This document shows, in pieces, positions 20,516 to 29,703 of a DNA stretch of 64,000 nt. The DNA is taken from assembly GCA_021163765.1 (NCBI GenBank), contig JAGGTK010000053.1, positions 8,017 through 72,016 on the forward strand, read 5' to 3'. Source of the DNA: a bacterium (GTDB taxonomy: Bacteria > 4484-113). Position 1 is the first letter of the stretch. Each line of letters opens with the position of its first letter. Under the pieces are notes generated by a model. It was not told the origin of the DNA and made no database searches. It saw nothing but the letters and a program-made list of their open reading frames with translations. Both the position numbers and the translations under genes were made by a program.

Positions 20516-21007
20516 ATGGAGAACGAAGTACCACGATGCCCCTATTGCGCCGAGCCACTAAGCGAGAACCTTGTCTGCAAGAGCTGCAACTTTGCATTCC
20601 AACGTTGCTCGCGCTGTGGGGCTTTAGTCGTTGCGGGCGTTAATAAGTGCCCGCAATGCGGTGAGCCCATCGTCCCCCTGAAATCCCCTGAACCTGGCAC
20701 GCCGGCATCCGGGCGCAGAGGCGACTTGCCCGTCTGGTTTGACCCTCTAGGCATTGGTTCAAAACTGCTTCTTGCGTACTTCACGCTTGGCGCGATTTTC
20801 GCCGCGATAATTACGGTTTTCATGTACCGAGCACGTATCCGATTTATAAATGAGTTCAGTGACCTGTTTTCCCAACTCGGGCTAAGCAGCGGCACCGGAT
20901 ACTACTATGACATTGGGCTAGCGATAGGCTTGACCTCTTTTACGCTCTTTACCATCGGTGCAGTCTCACTCATCATCCTGCGTGTGCAGCGAGGTAAGCG
21001 GCAGTGA
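20516..21007 (+). CDS. Double zinc-ribbon membrane protein 2
   Basis: Four CxxC and two C-terminal hydrophobic helices; ATG 20516. Confidence 0.75.
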   Translation: MENEVPRCPYCAEPLSENLVCKSCNFAFQRCSRCGALVVAGVNKCPQCGEPIVPLKSPEPGTPASGRRGDLPVWFDPLGIGSKLLLAYFTLGAIFAAIITVFMYRARIRFINEFSDLFSQLGLSSGTGYYYDIGLAIGLTSFTLFTIGAVSLIILRVQRGKRQ

Positions 21008-21714
21008 GAACAGAACTTAAATGCCCCAATTGCGGCACAGAGCTTGGCGCGGCGACGCTTCGCTGCGAGCATTGCGAGATCACGTTCGTCAGGTGCGAAG
21101 GCTGCGGCAGGCTTCAACCGGAATGGGTGAGCATTTGCGCGTATTGCGGCTCGCCGGTGCATGGCGGTATCTCGGTAGACGCTGGGAAAAAGCGGGCAAT
21201 TGAAGTTGATGACGAATCAGCGCAAGCGGTTCCCTCGCCTTTAAGTAAGCCAAGAAAGCCTACAATTCGCGAGCGCCTTCACCGGTTGGACACAAAGGCG
21301 CGAGAGAAGATACGGTCAAAAATGCCCCATACGAAACCTCCGCGCCGGCAGATTACGGGTCCCCTCACCGGGGACGAGCCAGTTCCGAGCATAACGACCA
21401 AGCGAGCGCGCCATGTTACGCACGACTTTGACCCGCTGGTTGCGCAAGAGGAGCTCCGAAAAGAAGAGCAAAAGCGGATGAAGCGCTGGCGGGAAACCGA
21501 GCGGCTAAATCCGAATTGGTTCTATAAGCAGTCTGCCGTGCCGGCTATGCTTGTTCTTCTCGGGCTAATGTGGGCATATGGGAGCTTCCGGTATTCAGCC
21601 AGGAGCTATGGTGAGCCCGATATTACTTGCTACATTCCGCACATACTGATTGGCGTGGGGTTTCTGTGGATAGTAATCCTGGCTCTAATCGACCGCATCC
21701 GGCCGATCAGATAG
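21004..21714 (+). CDS. Double zinc-ribbon membrane protein 3
   Basis: Four CxxC, basic linker, two hydrophobic helices; GTGA overlap with the upstream gene. Confidence 0.75.
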   Translation: MRTELKCPNCGTELGAATLRCEHCEITFVRCEGCGRLQPEWVSICAYCGSPVHGGISVDAGKKRAIEVDDESAQAVPSPLSKPRKPTIRERLHRLDTKAREKIRSKMPHTKPPRRQITGPLTGDEPVPSITTKRARHVTHDFDPLVAQEELRKEEQKRMKRWRETERLNPNWFYKQSAVPAMLVLLGLMWAYGSFRYSARSYGEPDITCYIPHILIGVGFLWIVILALIDRIRPIR

Positions 21715-21863
21715 AGCAAGCCATCCCAACGGCAGCAGAGACGAGACGCACAGCCAGCGAGGATTATTAAGCCGCAAAGGAACCGAGCAAGTTCACGCAA
21801 GGCCCCCTGGTGCCGCTGCTGCAATACCAAAGGGGGCCGGAGTGTGTGTGTCACCGCTGGCGA

Positions 21864-23102
21864 CTAGTTGTCCGATGGAGTATTTTGGCTGATGATCCCA
21901 GGATGCCCGGTGCCGTCCGACGCGTTTTCGGAATCGTGGCCTCTTGACAGATTCACGCCACCGCTGTCCGCTTCGTGCGGCTGCCAGCTGCTGGTGACAA
22001 TCATACTCTTGTCCCGACGCTGCGCCAGAAGGTCGTCATACCAGAACGCCTCGTCGTCACGGTAAAAGACAAGGAACTTTCCCTCCCTGCTGGCATCTCT
22101 GGCGCGGTGATACTTCACGTAGATATGCTTGCCGGTCACCCCAACAACCTCTATTTTGCCACGCTCGTGGCTCATCACATATCGCACTCGCCGGGCCAGC
22201 CCGGATACCCGGTACTTGGCATATTCGATGAGGAAGTAGCATCTGGTGATGGGCACAGCATAAGGGAAGTTGCCAGTGGTTGGCCTGCACTGGAAGAAAT
22301 AATAGGGGACCGCGCCGCAGGCCATGAGCTCGTTCATCAGTTCAACGAGCACGTCCACGTCATCATTTACCCCCTGTATGATGGGTGTCTGGTTACATAC
22401 AACTGCACCTGTTCGAAGCAGCGCGCCTATTGAAGCCCTTGCGACATCAGTTAGCTCACGCGGGTGATTGAAGTGAGACATCACATATATGCGCTGGCGC
22501 CCGGTGTTGTAGCGTTCCAGGAGATTGAGAAGCTCGCGGTCGTTGATAATCCTCTGAGGGAAATAAGCAGGCAGCTTGCTGCCTAGCCGTATTGCGCGAA
22601 CATGGTCTATTGCAGACAGCCCTTCTATTATCTCTGTAAGCCGACGAGTGCTTAACATCAGGGCATCGCCGCCGGTTACCAGCACATTCGAAATCTCAGG
22701 ATGTCGCCGAACATATTGCAGCGCCGCTGGCAGGTTAAGAGCGGTCTCTCTTTTCTCCTTGTCCACAAACAACCGCTTGCGGAAACAGAAGCGGCACTGC
22801 CCACCGCACACTTCACTGGCAAGAAAGAGTGCGGTGTCAGAGTATTTATGCTGAACTCCCGGCATTACCGTGCTTAAGGCCTCGTTACTGGGGTCCCTGC
22901 GACCCCATGAGAGTGTTTCCTCCTCGGTCGGCACTACAATTCGACGGATAGGATCATAGGGGTCTTCCCAATTAATCAATCCCAGGTAATAGTCTGTGGC
23001 CAGGAAACGATACTTATCCTGCACGCGAAGCAGCCGCGCTTGCTCGTCTTCGGGCATTTGCGCGACTTTACGAATGTCTTTCAGAAACTTCACTTTTACC
23101 AT
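21864..23102 (-). CDS. KamA-family radical SAM protein (lysine 2,3-aminomutase-like)
   Basis: DPIRR, HKY, CGGQCRFCFRKR, TGGDAL, HFNHPRE. Start moved to MVKVK, which follows GGAGGGG. Confidence 0.85.
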   Translation of the reverse strand: MVKVKFLKDIRKVAQMPEDEQARLLRVQDKYRFLATDYYLGLINWEDPYDPIRRIVVPTEEETLSWGRRDPSNEALSTVMPGVQHKYSDTALFLASEVCGGQCRFCFRKRLFVDKEKRETALNLPAALQYVRRHPEISNVLVTGGDALMLSTRRLTEIIEGLSAIDHVRAIRLGSKLPAYFPQRIINDRELLNLLERYNTGRQRIYVMSHFNHPRELTDVARASIGALLRTGAVVCNQTPIIQGVNDDVDVLVELMNELMACGAVPYYFFQCRPTTGNFPYAVPITRCYFLIEYAKYRVSGLARRVRYVMSHERGKIEVVGVTGKHIYVKYHRARDASREGKFLVFYRDDEAFWYDDLLAQRRDKSMIVTSSWQPHEADSGGVNLSRGHDSENASDGTGHPGIISQNTPSDN

Positions 23103-23353
23103 AGGCCCCTCCTTCCAGCCATACACGAGCTGGCTCAAGACCACCCGGCGTCGTGCCGAATCCTGGGCGGTTTCTCGCCGCAGCGCACGCGCCGCATTTC
23201 GACGATCGGTCGCCTTGCCTGCGAATACGCAACTAAAGCGCCCGCACATCACTTCGTCGAACTCGTTCAAGCCCTACCGCAGAAACAAGCAGGTACCAGG
23301 CATTTAGTAACCGAGCCTTTGTTCGCCCATCGTTCGTTCGACGGCCTGATTTA

Positions 23354-23419
23354 ATTATAACTCAGAATACGCTTCTATTTCAAGGCTCGCTTGAAATGCC
23401 TCTGGTGTTCTATCATACT
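23354..23419. promoter_or_regulatory. Back-to-back divergent sigma70 promoters whose -35 boxes form an inverted repeat
   Basis: Minus strand TTGAAA(23383-23378)-18-TATAAT(23359-23354). Plus strand TTGAAA(23391)-17-CATACT(23414). ATTTCAAG-N5-CTTGAAAT at 23377-23397. Confidence 0.6.
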
Positions 23420-23425
23420 TAATCC

Positions 23426-24301
23426 TTGATGAGCAGCAACAATGCGCTATGCATAAATGAAGAATTCCAGGCCTTGCTCTCCGACTATACACACGGCGCA
23501 GCAGTACTCACGCGCCATCTGTTACAGTTGATAATAAACCTGAGCGGCAGTGTGAACATTGTGCAGAACGACCTTGAGCAAGCCCTCGGGCTGCTTCGAA
23601 AGGCGCATCCTGAAATGGTCTCGCTCAGACAGGCCATTGCGCTAATTCTGAAGCGCGTAGAAGAAGGAACAGATGCGGGCAATGCATCCCAGGAGCTTGA
23701 GCACAAGTGGAATGCGCACCTGGAACGTGTAACTGAGATAGCTGCCGCATATCTGGCGCAGCATAAGCGAGTCCTCACCATAAGCTACTCAGGATTAGTG
23801 CGCGATGCGATTCTGAAGGCAACAGCCCAGGGCAGCATTATAGAAGCCTATTTGGGTGAAGGTCGCCCTAAGTATGAAGGCCTGACTTTCGCTCGTGAGT
23901 TAGCCAATAAAGGCGTCCCCTGCACGGTCTTCGCGGACGCAGCATTTTCCAGCTTTTATAATGAAATAGACTGCGTTCTAGTCGGCGCAGATGCGGTTGG
24001 CCCAAGCTCACTGCTCAACAAGATCGGCACCACGGCGATACTCCGTGAAGCGCGGGCGCGTGATATCCCTTCGGCAGTGGCATACGATTTCCTGAAGGTA
24101 GTTGAGGACGGCGGATTCCCGGACTTAATCGCCGAGTATCCGGCTGAAGAGCTGCTTGCAGGCGGATTGGCTCCACAGGGGGCTGACGGCGATGCAGGCC
24201 CAATCCGGCTTCCAAACTGTTTGCGCGCTGTCAACCGCTACTTTGAGGAGGTACCGCTCCACCTGATCGATGTGGAGCTTACAGATTCACAGCAAGAATA
24301 A
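23426..24301 (+). CDS. eIF-2B alpha/beta/delta-like protein (MtnA / ribose-1,5-bisphosphate isomerase superfamily)
   Basis: HGA, VLTISYS, EGRPKYEG, VLVGADA, NKIGT, NRYFE. Confidence 0.8.
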   Translation: MMSSNNALCINEEFQALLSDYTHGAAVLTRHLLQLIINLSGSVNIVQNDLEQALGLLRKAHPEMVSLRQAIALILKRVEEGTDAGNASQELEHKWNAHLERVTEIAAAYLAQHKRVLTISYSGLVRDAILKATAQGSIIEAYLGEGRPKYEGLTFARELANKGVPCTVFADAAFSSFYNEIDCVLVGADAVGPSSLLNKIGTTAILREARARDIPSAVAYDFLKVVEDGGFPDLIAEYPAEELLAGGLAPQGADGDAGPIRLPNCLRAVNRYFEEVPLHLIDVELTDSQQE

Positions 24302-24327
24302 AAAAAGTGCCGCGACTTGCGCGGCAC
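24300..24327 (-). terminator. Rho-independent terminator
   Basis: Minus strand GTGCCGCG-CAAGT-CGCGGCAC followed by 7 T. Confidence 0.85.
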
Positions 24328-24712
24328 ATCTACCCCAGACCTCCTGGCGGAGGCCCCACAATTAACAAATATACCGACCACGCCTCAACAGGCGAATTCC
24401 CCGAAGGATGTATAGATGACTCCTAAGAACCGCCTACACCTTCCTCCTAAATACAGGCTCTGATGTCTCCCCGGAACGCTTTGTAGCAGCATTGCTGAAC
24501 CTTGCGGAACAGCATTGTTGCCCCGAGACGTTCCCTTTGACACGGCGAAGTCTTCCTCCCGAAGGAGGAAGCTGATTACGCCGGCTCTCCGCAGTTATCA
24601 GCAGCCACCGCATTTGCACCGAAGCGCGAATGCCTGTGATGTCGACGCCCTGCTGGGATACACCGTGGCCTTTCTTTCAAAGAACTCACCCTCCGCGTGG
24701 TCGGGGTATACC
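24300..24712 (-). ncRNA. Candidate large structured non-coding RNA, family not recognised
   Basis: Own promoter and terminator; 10-bp end-to-end stem (24695-24704 with 24374-24383); second long-range stem; two cUUCGg hairpins and one GCAA hairpin; G-U pairs form only on the minus strand. Confidence 0.75.
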
Positions 24713-24719
24713 GAATTAA

Positions 24720-24748
24720 ATAATACCGGACAGGGGGACGGGTTACAA
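24720..24748 (-). promoter_or_regulatory. sigma70-type promoter of the candidate ncRNA
   Basis: TTGTAA (24748-24743), 17-nt spacer, TATTAT (24725-24720). Predicted +1 near 24712. Confidence 0.75.
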
Positions 24749-24890
24749 GGGGTTAGCACGTTAAATACGCTGGGCAACTTATCAACACCTTCTGCCACAG
24801 TCATTATTTTCTTCGCAACCGCAACGAATCGCTCCCTGCTGTCCCCCTTGGACTACCTTTTATTGGCTACGCCGCCACGCCGTGCCCGTA

Positions 24891-26285
24891 TCAGCCGATT
24901 TTGTGGATTGCGTGCCCGTTGACGTCCAAGGCCGCTTCGCCGATAGCTTCGGCAAGTGTTGGATGCGCACGCACAAGCTGCTGGTATTCAGCCAGCTTCA
25001 TGCGTGCGGCGAGTGCCACCTCAGCCTCGTGTATCAATTCGCCCGCCATCGGCCCGACCATATGCATACCGAGCATCTCATCGCTGTCTTCATCCGCTAC
25101 GACGATCACGAGGCCAACCGCCTGGTTCATAGCCATGGCTCTGCCATTCGCGCCAAAGAAGAACCTGCCTGTCTTCACCTTGTGACCTTTCTCTGCTGCC
25201 TGCTGCTCCGTCAATCCGATGCTGGCCACTTCCGGCGACGTGTAGACCACTGCGGGAACGAGCCGCGACTTGGGATGCGGGAAACCCGCAAGCACCTCAG
25301 CGGCCGCCACACCCTCGTGGCTTGCTTTATGCGCCAGCATCAATCCGCCTATTACATCTCCTATCGCCATCACGTTGGGCACGGCTGTGCGATACTCGTC
25401 GTTGACCTTTATAAAGCCTTTCCTGTCGGTTTCAACGCCTATTGCGCCAAGGTTTAGAGTATCTGTAACTGGTGCCCGCCCTACTGAAAGCAAAACGAGT
25501 TCGGCATCGATTGTGCCGGTGAACTTGCCCTCCACAGATAGCGCAACGCCCTCCCCGGAAATCTCCAGCGAGGTCACTTTGCTCTCCAGGTGAATCGCAA
25601 TCTTATCCTTTTTCAACTGCCGCACGAGCGTTTTCGCCAGCTCAACGTCCATCCCAGGCAGCGCCTGCGGCATAATCTCCACAAAGCAAACCTCCGTCCC
25701 CAGCCGTGCATAGACGCTGCCAAGCTCCAGGCCAATAGCGCCTGCTCCGATGACAGCCAGCGACTTGGGAATACCGGGCAGCGAAAGCGCCTCTGTGGAG
25801 GTAATCACGCGTTCCCCGTCCGGTTTGATGTGCGGGAGCGTTGCAGAACGGGAGCCTGTAGCGATTATGAAGTTATCCGCGATTATCTCGGATTTTTGCC
25901 CATCCGCATATGAGACTCCAAGTGCACGTTCATCCTTGAATTGCGCATCACCGAAATACAGGGCCACGCCGTTCTTCTTGAGAAGAACCTCGACACCGCG
26001 CGTAAGCTGATGCACGACCTTCTCTTTGCGTGACTGCATCGCTTGCCAATCGTGGGTCACACCCGTGGCATTCACTCCCCGCAAGGCCCCGTGCTTCACA
26101 ACTTCGTAATAGAGATGCGTGTCTTCAAGCAAGCACTTGCTGGGGATGCATCCCACATTTAGACACACACCACCCCAGTACCGGCGCTCGATAATAGCCA
26201 CACTGAGACCAAGTTGGGCAGCGCGGATTGCCGCGACATACCCACCGGGACCGGCGCCGATGACCGCTACATCGTATCGTTCCAT
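24891..26285 (-). CDS. lpdA: Dihydrolipoyl dehydrogenase
   Basis: GAGPGGY, GGVCLNVGCIPSK, HPTLAE. Confidence 0.95.
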   Translation of the reverse strand: MERYDVAVIGAGPGGYVAAIRAAQLGLSVAIIERRYWGGVCLNVGCIPSKCLLEDTHLYYEVVKHGALRGVNATGVTHDWQAMQSRKEKVVHQLTRGVEVLLKKNGVALYFGDAQFKDERALGVSYADGQKSEIIADNFIIATGSRSATLPHIKPDGERVITSTEALSLPGIPKSLAVIGAGAIGLELGSVYARLGTEVCFVEIMPQALPGMDVELAKTLVRQLKKDKIAIHLESKVTSLEISGEGVALSVEGKFTGTIDAELVLLSVGRAPVTDTLNLGAIGVETDRKGFIKVNDEYRTAVPNVMAIGDVIGGLMLAHKASHEGVAAAEVLAGFPHPKSRLVPAVVYTSPEVASIGLTEQQAAEKGHKVKTGRFFFGANGRAMAMNQAVGLVIVVADEDSDEMLGMHMVGPMAGELIHEAEVALAARMKLAEYQQLVRAHPTLAEAIGEAALDVNGHAIHKIG

Positions 26286-26575
26286 AAGTCAGTATCTCCT
26301 TGATACTTGTAGATACAGGATAATTCTAGCATCCTATCAATCAGGCTCTAACTGACCTCTGGTTAAGTAAGCCTGGCCGGGCGCTCTTTCGCCATCAATC
26401 GAAAACCGGCTGGCGGCTCAGCCGATTTGGGCTTTACTAGCATCATTGGCGCTAAAGCGGTAGAATAAATAGGAGAGGATTAATCAGGACGCCAAGGAGC
26501 AGTTTGTGGCCGTTTTGGTGTCCTGAGTGAAATCCACCGGTCCGGCTTTATCTTTTCAGGGAGGACTCGCTGGGA

Positions 26576-27517
26576 ATGGCCGAAAAGTCGCCTGCTGACC
26601 TGATTCGGGAAGCAATGGAGCATCTTGATCAACCCACCACTCCTTCGGAGATCGTTCGATACGTCAGCAAAAGGTATCCGAAAATCGATGAATCCAAGAT
26701 ACGCTCGCAGGTAACTATCTGTTGCGTGAACATGCCTACACGCGTCAGCTTCCCGGAAAACCACAAGCCGCGCGTAGCCGACAACCCTGAACTAGACTGC
26801 CTTTACCGCGTAGACTTCGGGCAATATGTCTCGTATGACCCGGAGCAACACGGCTATTGGGAGATATCGGAGGTTAATGGTGAGCTTGCTGTACGTAAAA
26901 CGGAAGCTAAACCTTCCGGAGCCAAGCCTGATAAGGACAAGGCTGCGCCCGTCAAGGAGAAGGCACCCGAGCCGAAGATAAGCTCCAAGGCCGAACCTGT
27001 AGCCGCGCCAGGCGAAAAGGCCGAAGCTGAGCCTGCGCAAGCTGCGGCCCCTCGGGAGCCTGCCAAGCCTCACCCGCCTGCGAAGGCCAGGCCAGCGCAG
27101 GCGCCTGAGAAGGAGAAAATCGCTCGCAAACAAGACAAGGAGGCGGAACCCGAAATGGATATTCATAAAGCCCTGGCATCAAACCTCAGTGAGGTCGAGG
27201 ACGGCCTTAAACCTCTGACCGGTGATCCGGTTGCTGGTAAGTTCCCTGCAAAGCTCACCGATGCTGACTTTCTCGCTCAAGGACGAGACGGAGCCCTGGT
27301 CATTGTCAAGGTCTTTGACAGCCCGCCTGGACAGCAGGTGGTTACTGACCTGCTCGTCAACCTGGGCTGGGCTCACGAGCAGATGAAGGAACGCAAGGTG
27401 CGCGCAATTATCCTGTCGCCTGAGATTCCTGACGAACTCCGCTTCGCTACCAGAACCGTTCCCGACATCAAGATAATGACGTACGAGTACAAGCTGGTAT
27501 TCTCCGCTGTGGGGTAA
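26576..27517 (+). CDS. Winged-helix-like N-domain, Pro/Ala/Lys linker and a degenerate NucS-like PD-(D/E)xK domain
   Basis: The C-domain DFLAQGRDGALVIVKV...Q...GW...KVRAII resembles NucS-type endonucleases but lacks ExK. Confidence 0.55.
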   Translation: MAEKSPADLIREAMEHLDQPTTPSEIVRYVSKRYPKIDESKIRSQVTICCVNMPTRVSFPENHKPRVADNPELDCLYRVDFGQYVSYDPEQHGYWEISEVNGELAVRKTEAKPSGAKPDKDKAAPVKEKAPEPKISSKAEPVAAPGEKAEAEPAQAAAPREPAKPHPPAKARPAQAPEKEKIARKQDKEAEPEMDIHKALASNLSEVEDGLKPLTGDPVAGKFPAKLTDADFLAQGRDGALVIVKVFDSPPGQQVVTDLLVNLGWAHEQMKERKVRAIILSPEIPDELRFATRTVPDIKIMTYEYKLVFSAVG

Positions 27518-27539
27518 GCGCACAGCGCAAGCAGCGCCT

Positions 27540-28526
27540 TTATTCAAACCTCAGCGTCTTACGGAGCTCCTGGTTGTAGGCTTGTGCCTGCGTAAGGCTG
27601 GCTTTCCAGAATTCTTCTCCTCTCTTCTCTTGTGCGATGTCCGAGTTAGCATAAGCGTATAGCAATGCCCTGCTCGCGGGAAACAACGCCCAGTTTCGTC
27701 CCCCGGTGAACGCCGAAGCATTAGCCATTGTTCCGCCCTGGGCTCCCACTCCCGGCACGAGGAAAAGCGCGCCGGGAAACACTTCCCTTATGCGCTCACC
27801 CATTACCGGGCGGAGAGCACCTGCAACCAAACCGAGATTCGCAGGCTCGGCTTCAAGACCGTTAGCCATAACAATGTCGTTGGCAGCCCTGGCCAGAAAC
27901 CTCCATAACGGCTCACCGGCCACCTGCGACTCCATTATCTGCTCGGCACCTGGCGCGGTCGGGTAAGTCAGCAGGAATATTCCCTTGCCTTGCTTCAGAT
28001 ACGGCAGGAACAGCTCCCAGGTGTCAGTGCCAACGAGCGGATTGACCGTCATCGCATCCGCCTCCATCGAAAGAGGATTCCCGGTATCCGTTAGGTAGGT
28101 GTTCAGGTAGCGCGTGAAAGTCGAGCCGATATCCCCGCGCTTCGCGTCCATTATCACAATCAGGTCCAGCTCTCTGCACAGACCAATCAGCGTGGACAGA
28201 ATATGGAGACCAAAGGGTCCCACCTCCTCGAAGTATGCAATCTGGAATTTTACGCCCAGCACTTCGTTGCGCAGAGCGAATATCGTTTGAGCGGCGAAGT
28301 TGAGCAACAATAAGTAGGCCTGCTTAAAATCATCAGGAAGTGGCATAGCCTCGTGCATCCTCGGAAAGGGCAGCGATTCCAGTATGCGAGCCGGCTCGTT
28401 GTCCAGCTTGATCCTCTGCCCTGAGAAATCATCCCTTAGTCGACCGAAATCCGGGTCCATTCCCAAAAGCAGAAGTGTGCGCCTGCTTCTGGATGCCGAG
28501 ACAGCTCTTTGAGCAAAGGACATCAT
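27540..28526 (-). CDS. pyrF: Orotidine-5'-phosphate decarboxylase
   Basis: GMDP, KFQIAYFE, DAKRGDIGST, LVPGVGAQGG, SR. Start follows GGGAGG. Confidence 0.92.
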   Translation of the reverse strand: MMSFAQRAVSASRSRRTLLLLGMDPDFGRLRDDFSGQRIKLDNEPARILESLPFPRMHEAMPLPDDFKQAYLLLLNFAAQTIFALRNEVLGVKFQIAYFEEVGPFGLHILSTLIGLCRELDLIVIMDAKRGDIGSTFTRYLNTYLTDTGNPLSMEADAMTVNPLVGTDTWELFLPYLKQGKGIFLLTYPTAPGAEQIMESQVAGEPLWRFLARAANDIVMANGLEAEPANLGLVAGALRPVMGERIREVFPGALFLVPGVGAQGGTMANASAFTGGRNWALFPASRALLYAYANSDIAQEKRGEEFWKASLTQAQAYNQELRKTLRFE

Positions 28527-28545
28527 CACATCCTCCCGGTAGTAA

Positions 28546-29235
28546 CTACAAAACGGCAGGGCGCAGGTAAGCGACATCCGCCCAGGGCCGAGCCCGCCCC
28601 GCAGAAACCTCCTGCACCATCATTGCCGCCATTCCCCGAATATCCACAACGTTCTCTCGCAGCACTGCATCAACGCGTGCCGGCGTTTCGCCCTTATTTA
28701 GTGTAGCAAAGACCTGATCAGAGTCAGTCACAACAAGCACGTTTGAACTGAGTGCGACTCCGGCAAGGCGTTCGAACAATCCCGGTATTTCCGCCGCAGA
28801 TAGCTCGCGCTCAGGCTCCACGGAGATGGCGGCTGTCCCATCAGGACTGCGTTCAAAAACACCCACGAAGTACGCCTTCCGCCTGCCGCAGCGAACCACA
28901 GAAACGTTCGGAGTCTCAAGTATCGCTATTGCTGCCGCAGTCTGAAGGCTGCTAACCGCTATTACAGGCAACGAAAGAGCCACTGCCATCCCGTTCGCAA
29001 AGGCCACTCCCGTCCGAGTGCCAATAAACGAGCCAGGGCCAATCCCAACGCCCAGATGAGTTATGTCACCGCGCTCAGCGCCAGCGTCGCCCAGACATTC
29101 CGTTAAAAGATTAGACAGCCGAGAAGCGTTGTCCGGTGTGTGCTCAAGAACTCCAGCGCTCAGAATGCGGCCCTCACCGTCCGCGAGGGCTACCAGCAAA
29201 CTGTTTCCCGAAGTATCAATCAGCGCGTAGAGCAT
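28546..29235 (-). CDS. tsaB: tRNA t6A biosynthesis protein TsaB
   Basis: ALIDTS, GIGPGSFIGTR.G; adjacent to tsaE. Confidence 0.85.
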   Translation of the reverse strand: MLYALIDTSGNSLLVALADGEGRILSAGVLEHTPDNASRLSNLLTECLGDAGAERGDITHLGVGIGPGSFIGTRTGVAFANGMAVALSLPVIAVSSLQTAAAIAILETPNVSVVRCGRRKAYFVGVFERSPDGTAAISVEPERELSAAEIPGLFERLAGVALSSNVLVVTDSDQVFATLNKGETPARVDAVLRENVVDIRGMAAMMVQEVSAGRARPWADVAYLRPAVL

Positions 29236-29698
29236 TAAGCATCTCCGACGGAAATACTCCCGTTTCAGCCGAGATTGTAAGGCTGCGCTCGCACTCATCC
29301 GCCCCTTGTCCGAAGCGAATGGTAATTCTGGGCGCTGAGACCTGCAAGCCAAAACGGTCCGCCCATTCGACAGCCACCACAGCATCATCGGGCAGGTCCT
29401 CGGCCAGGCCCAAAGGGACCGTCTCAACCAGGGAGGAGAGGCGAAACAGGTCAACGTGGCGCAGTGGCCTGTCCCCCTCAGAATAGTCCTTCATAAGCAA
29501 GAATGAGGGGCTGGTAACGACGCTGTTTATTCCTAATCCCTGTGCAAGTCCTTGAACAAATGTAGTCTTGCCTGAACCGAGCGGCCCAATCAGCAGTAAA
29601 ACCACCAAGGACACAGGGAGTTGAGCAACCAGGCGCGCTGCCACAGCTCGTGTTTCGTCCGCTGACCTGGTTGTGAGCACGATGTCCCTCGAGCACAT
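29216..29698 (-). CDS. tsaE: tRNA t6A biosynthesis ATPase TsaE
   Basis: GPLGSGKT, VTSPSF, HVDLFRL, VEWA. Confidence 0.92.
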   Translation of the reverse strand: MCSRDIVLTTRSADETRAVAARLVAQLPVSLVVLLLIGPLGSGKTTFVQGLAQGLGINSVVTSPSFLLMKDYSEGDRPLRHVDLFRLSSLVETVPLGLAEDLPDDAVVAVEWADRFGLQVSAPRITIRFGQGADECERSLTISAETGVFPSEMLNALRAD

Positions 29699-29703
29699 AT
29701 TAA

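Noticed and set aside
24421..24460. GAGCC...GGTTC on the minus strand resembling group II intron domain V
   Set aside because: The stem is irregular with no GNRA loop or AC bulge, and there is no GTGCG 5' end, domain VI, reverse transcriptase or interrupted gene.
24300..24712. tmRNA, RNase P RNA, SRP RNA or 6S RNA as the identity of the structured RNA (smpB is in the window)
   Set aside because: No GGGG 5' end, T-loop or CCA; no GAGGAAAGUCC with a matching 3' P4 strand; the GCAA arm lacks the SRP symmetric loop; the fold is multibranched, unlike 6S. Judged by eye only.
24434..24922. Track ORFs 24434-24619, 24515-24922 and 24598-24804
   Set aside because: No SD and no recognisable motifs; they overlap the promoter and stems of the candidate RNA.
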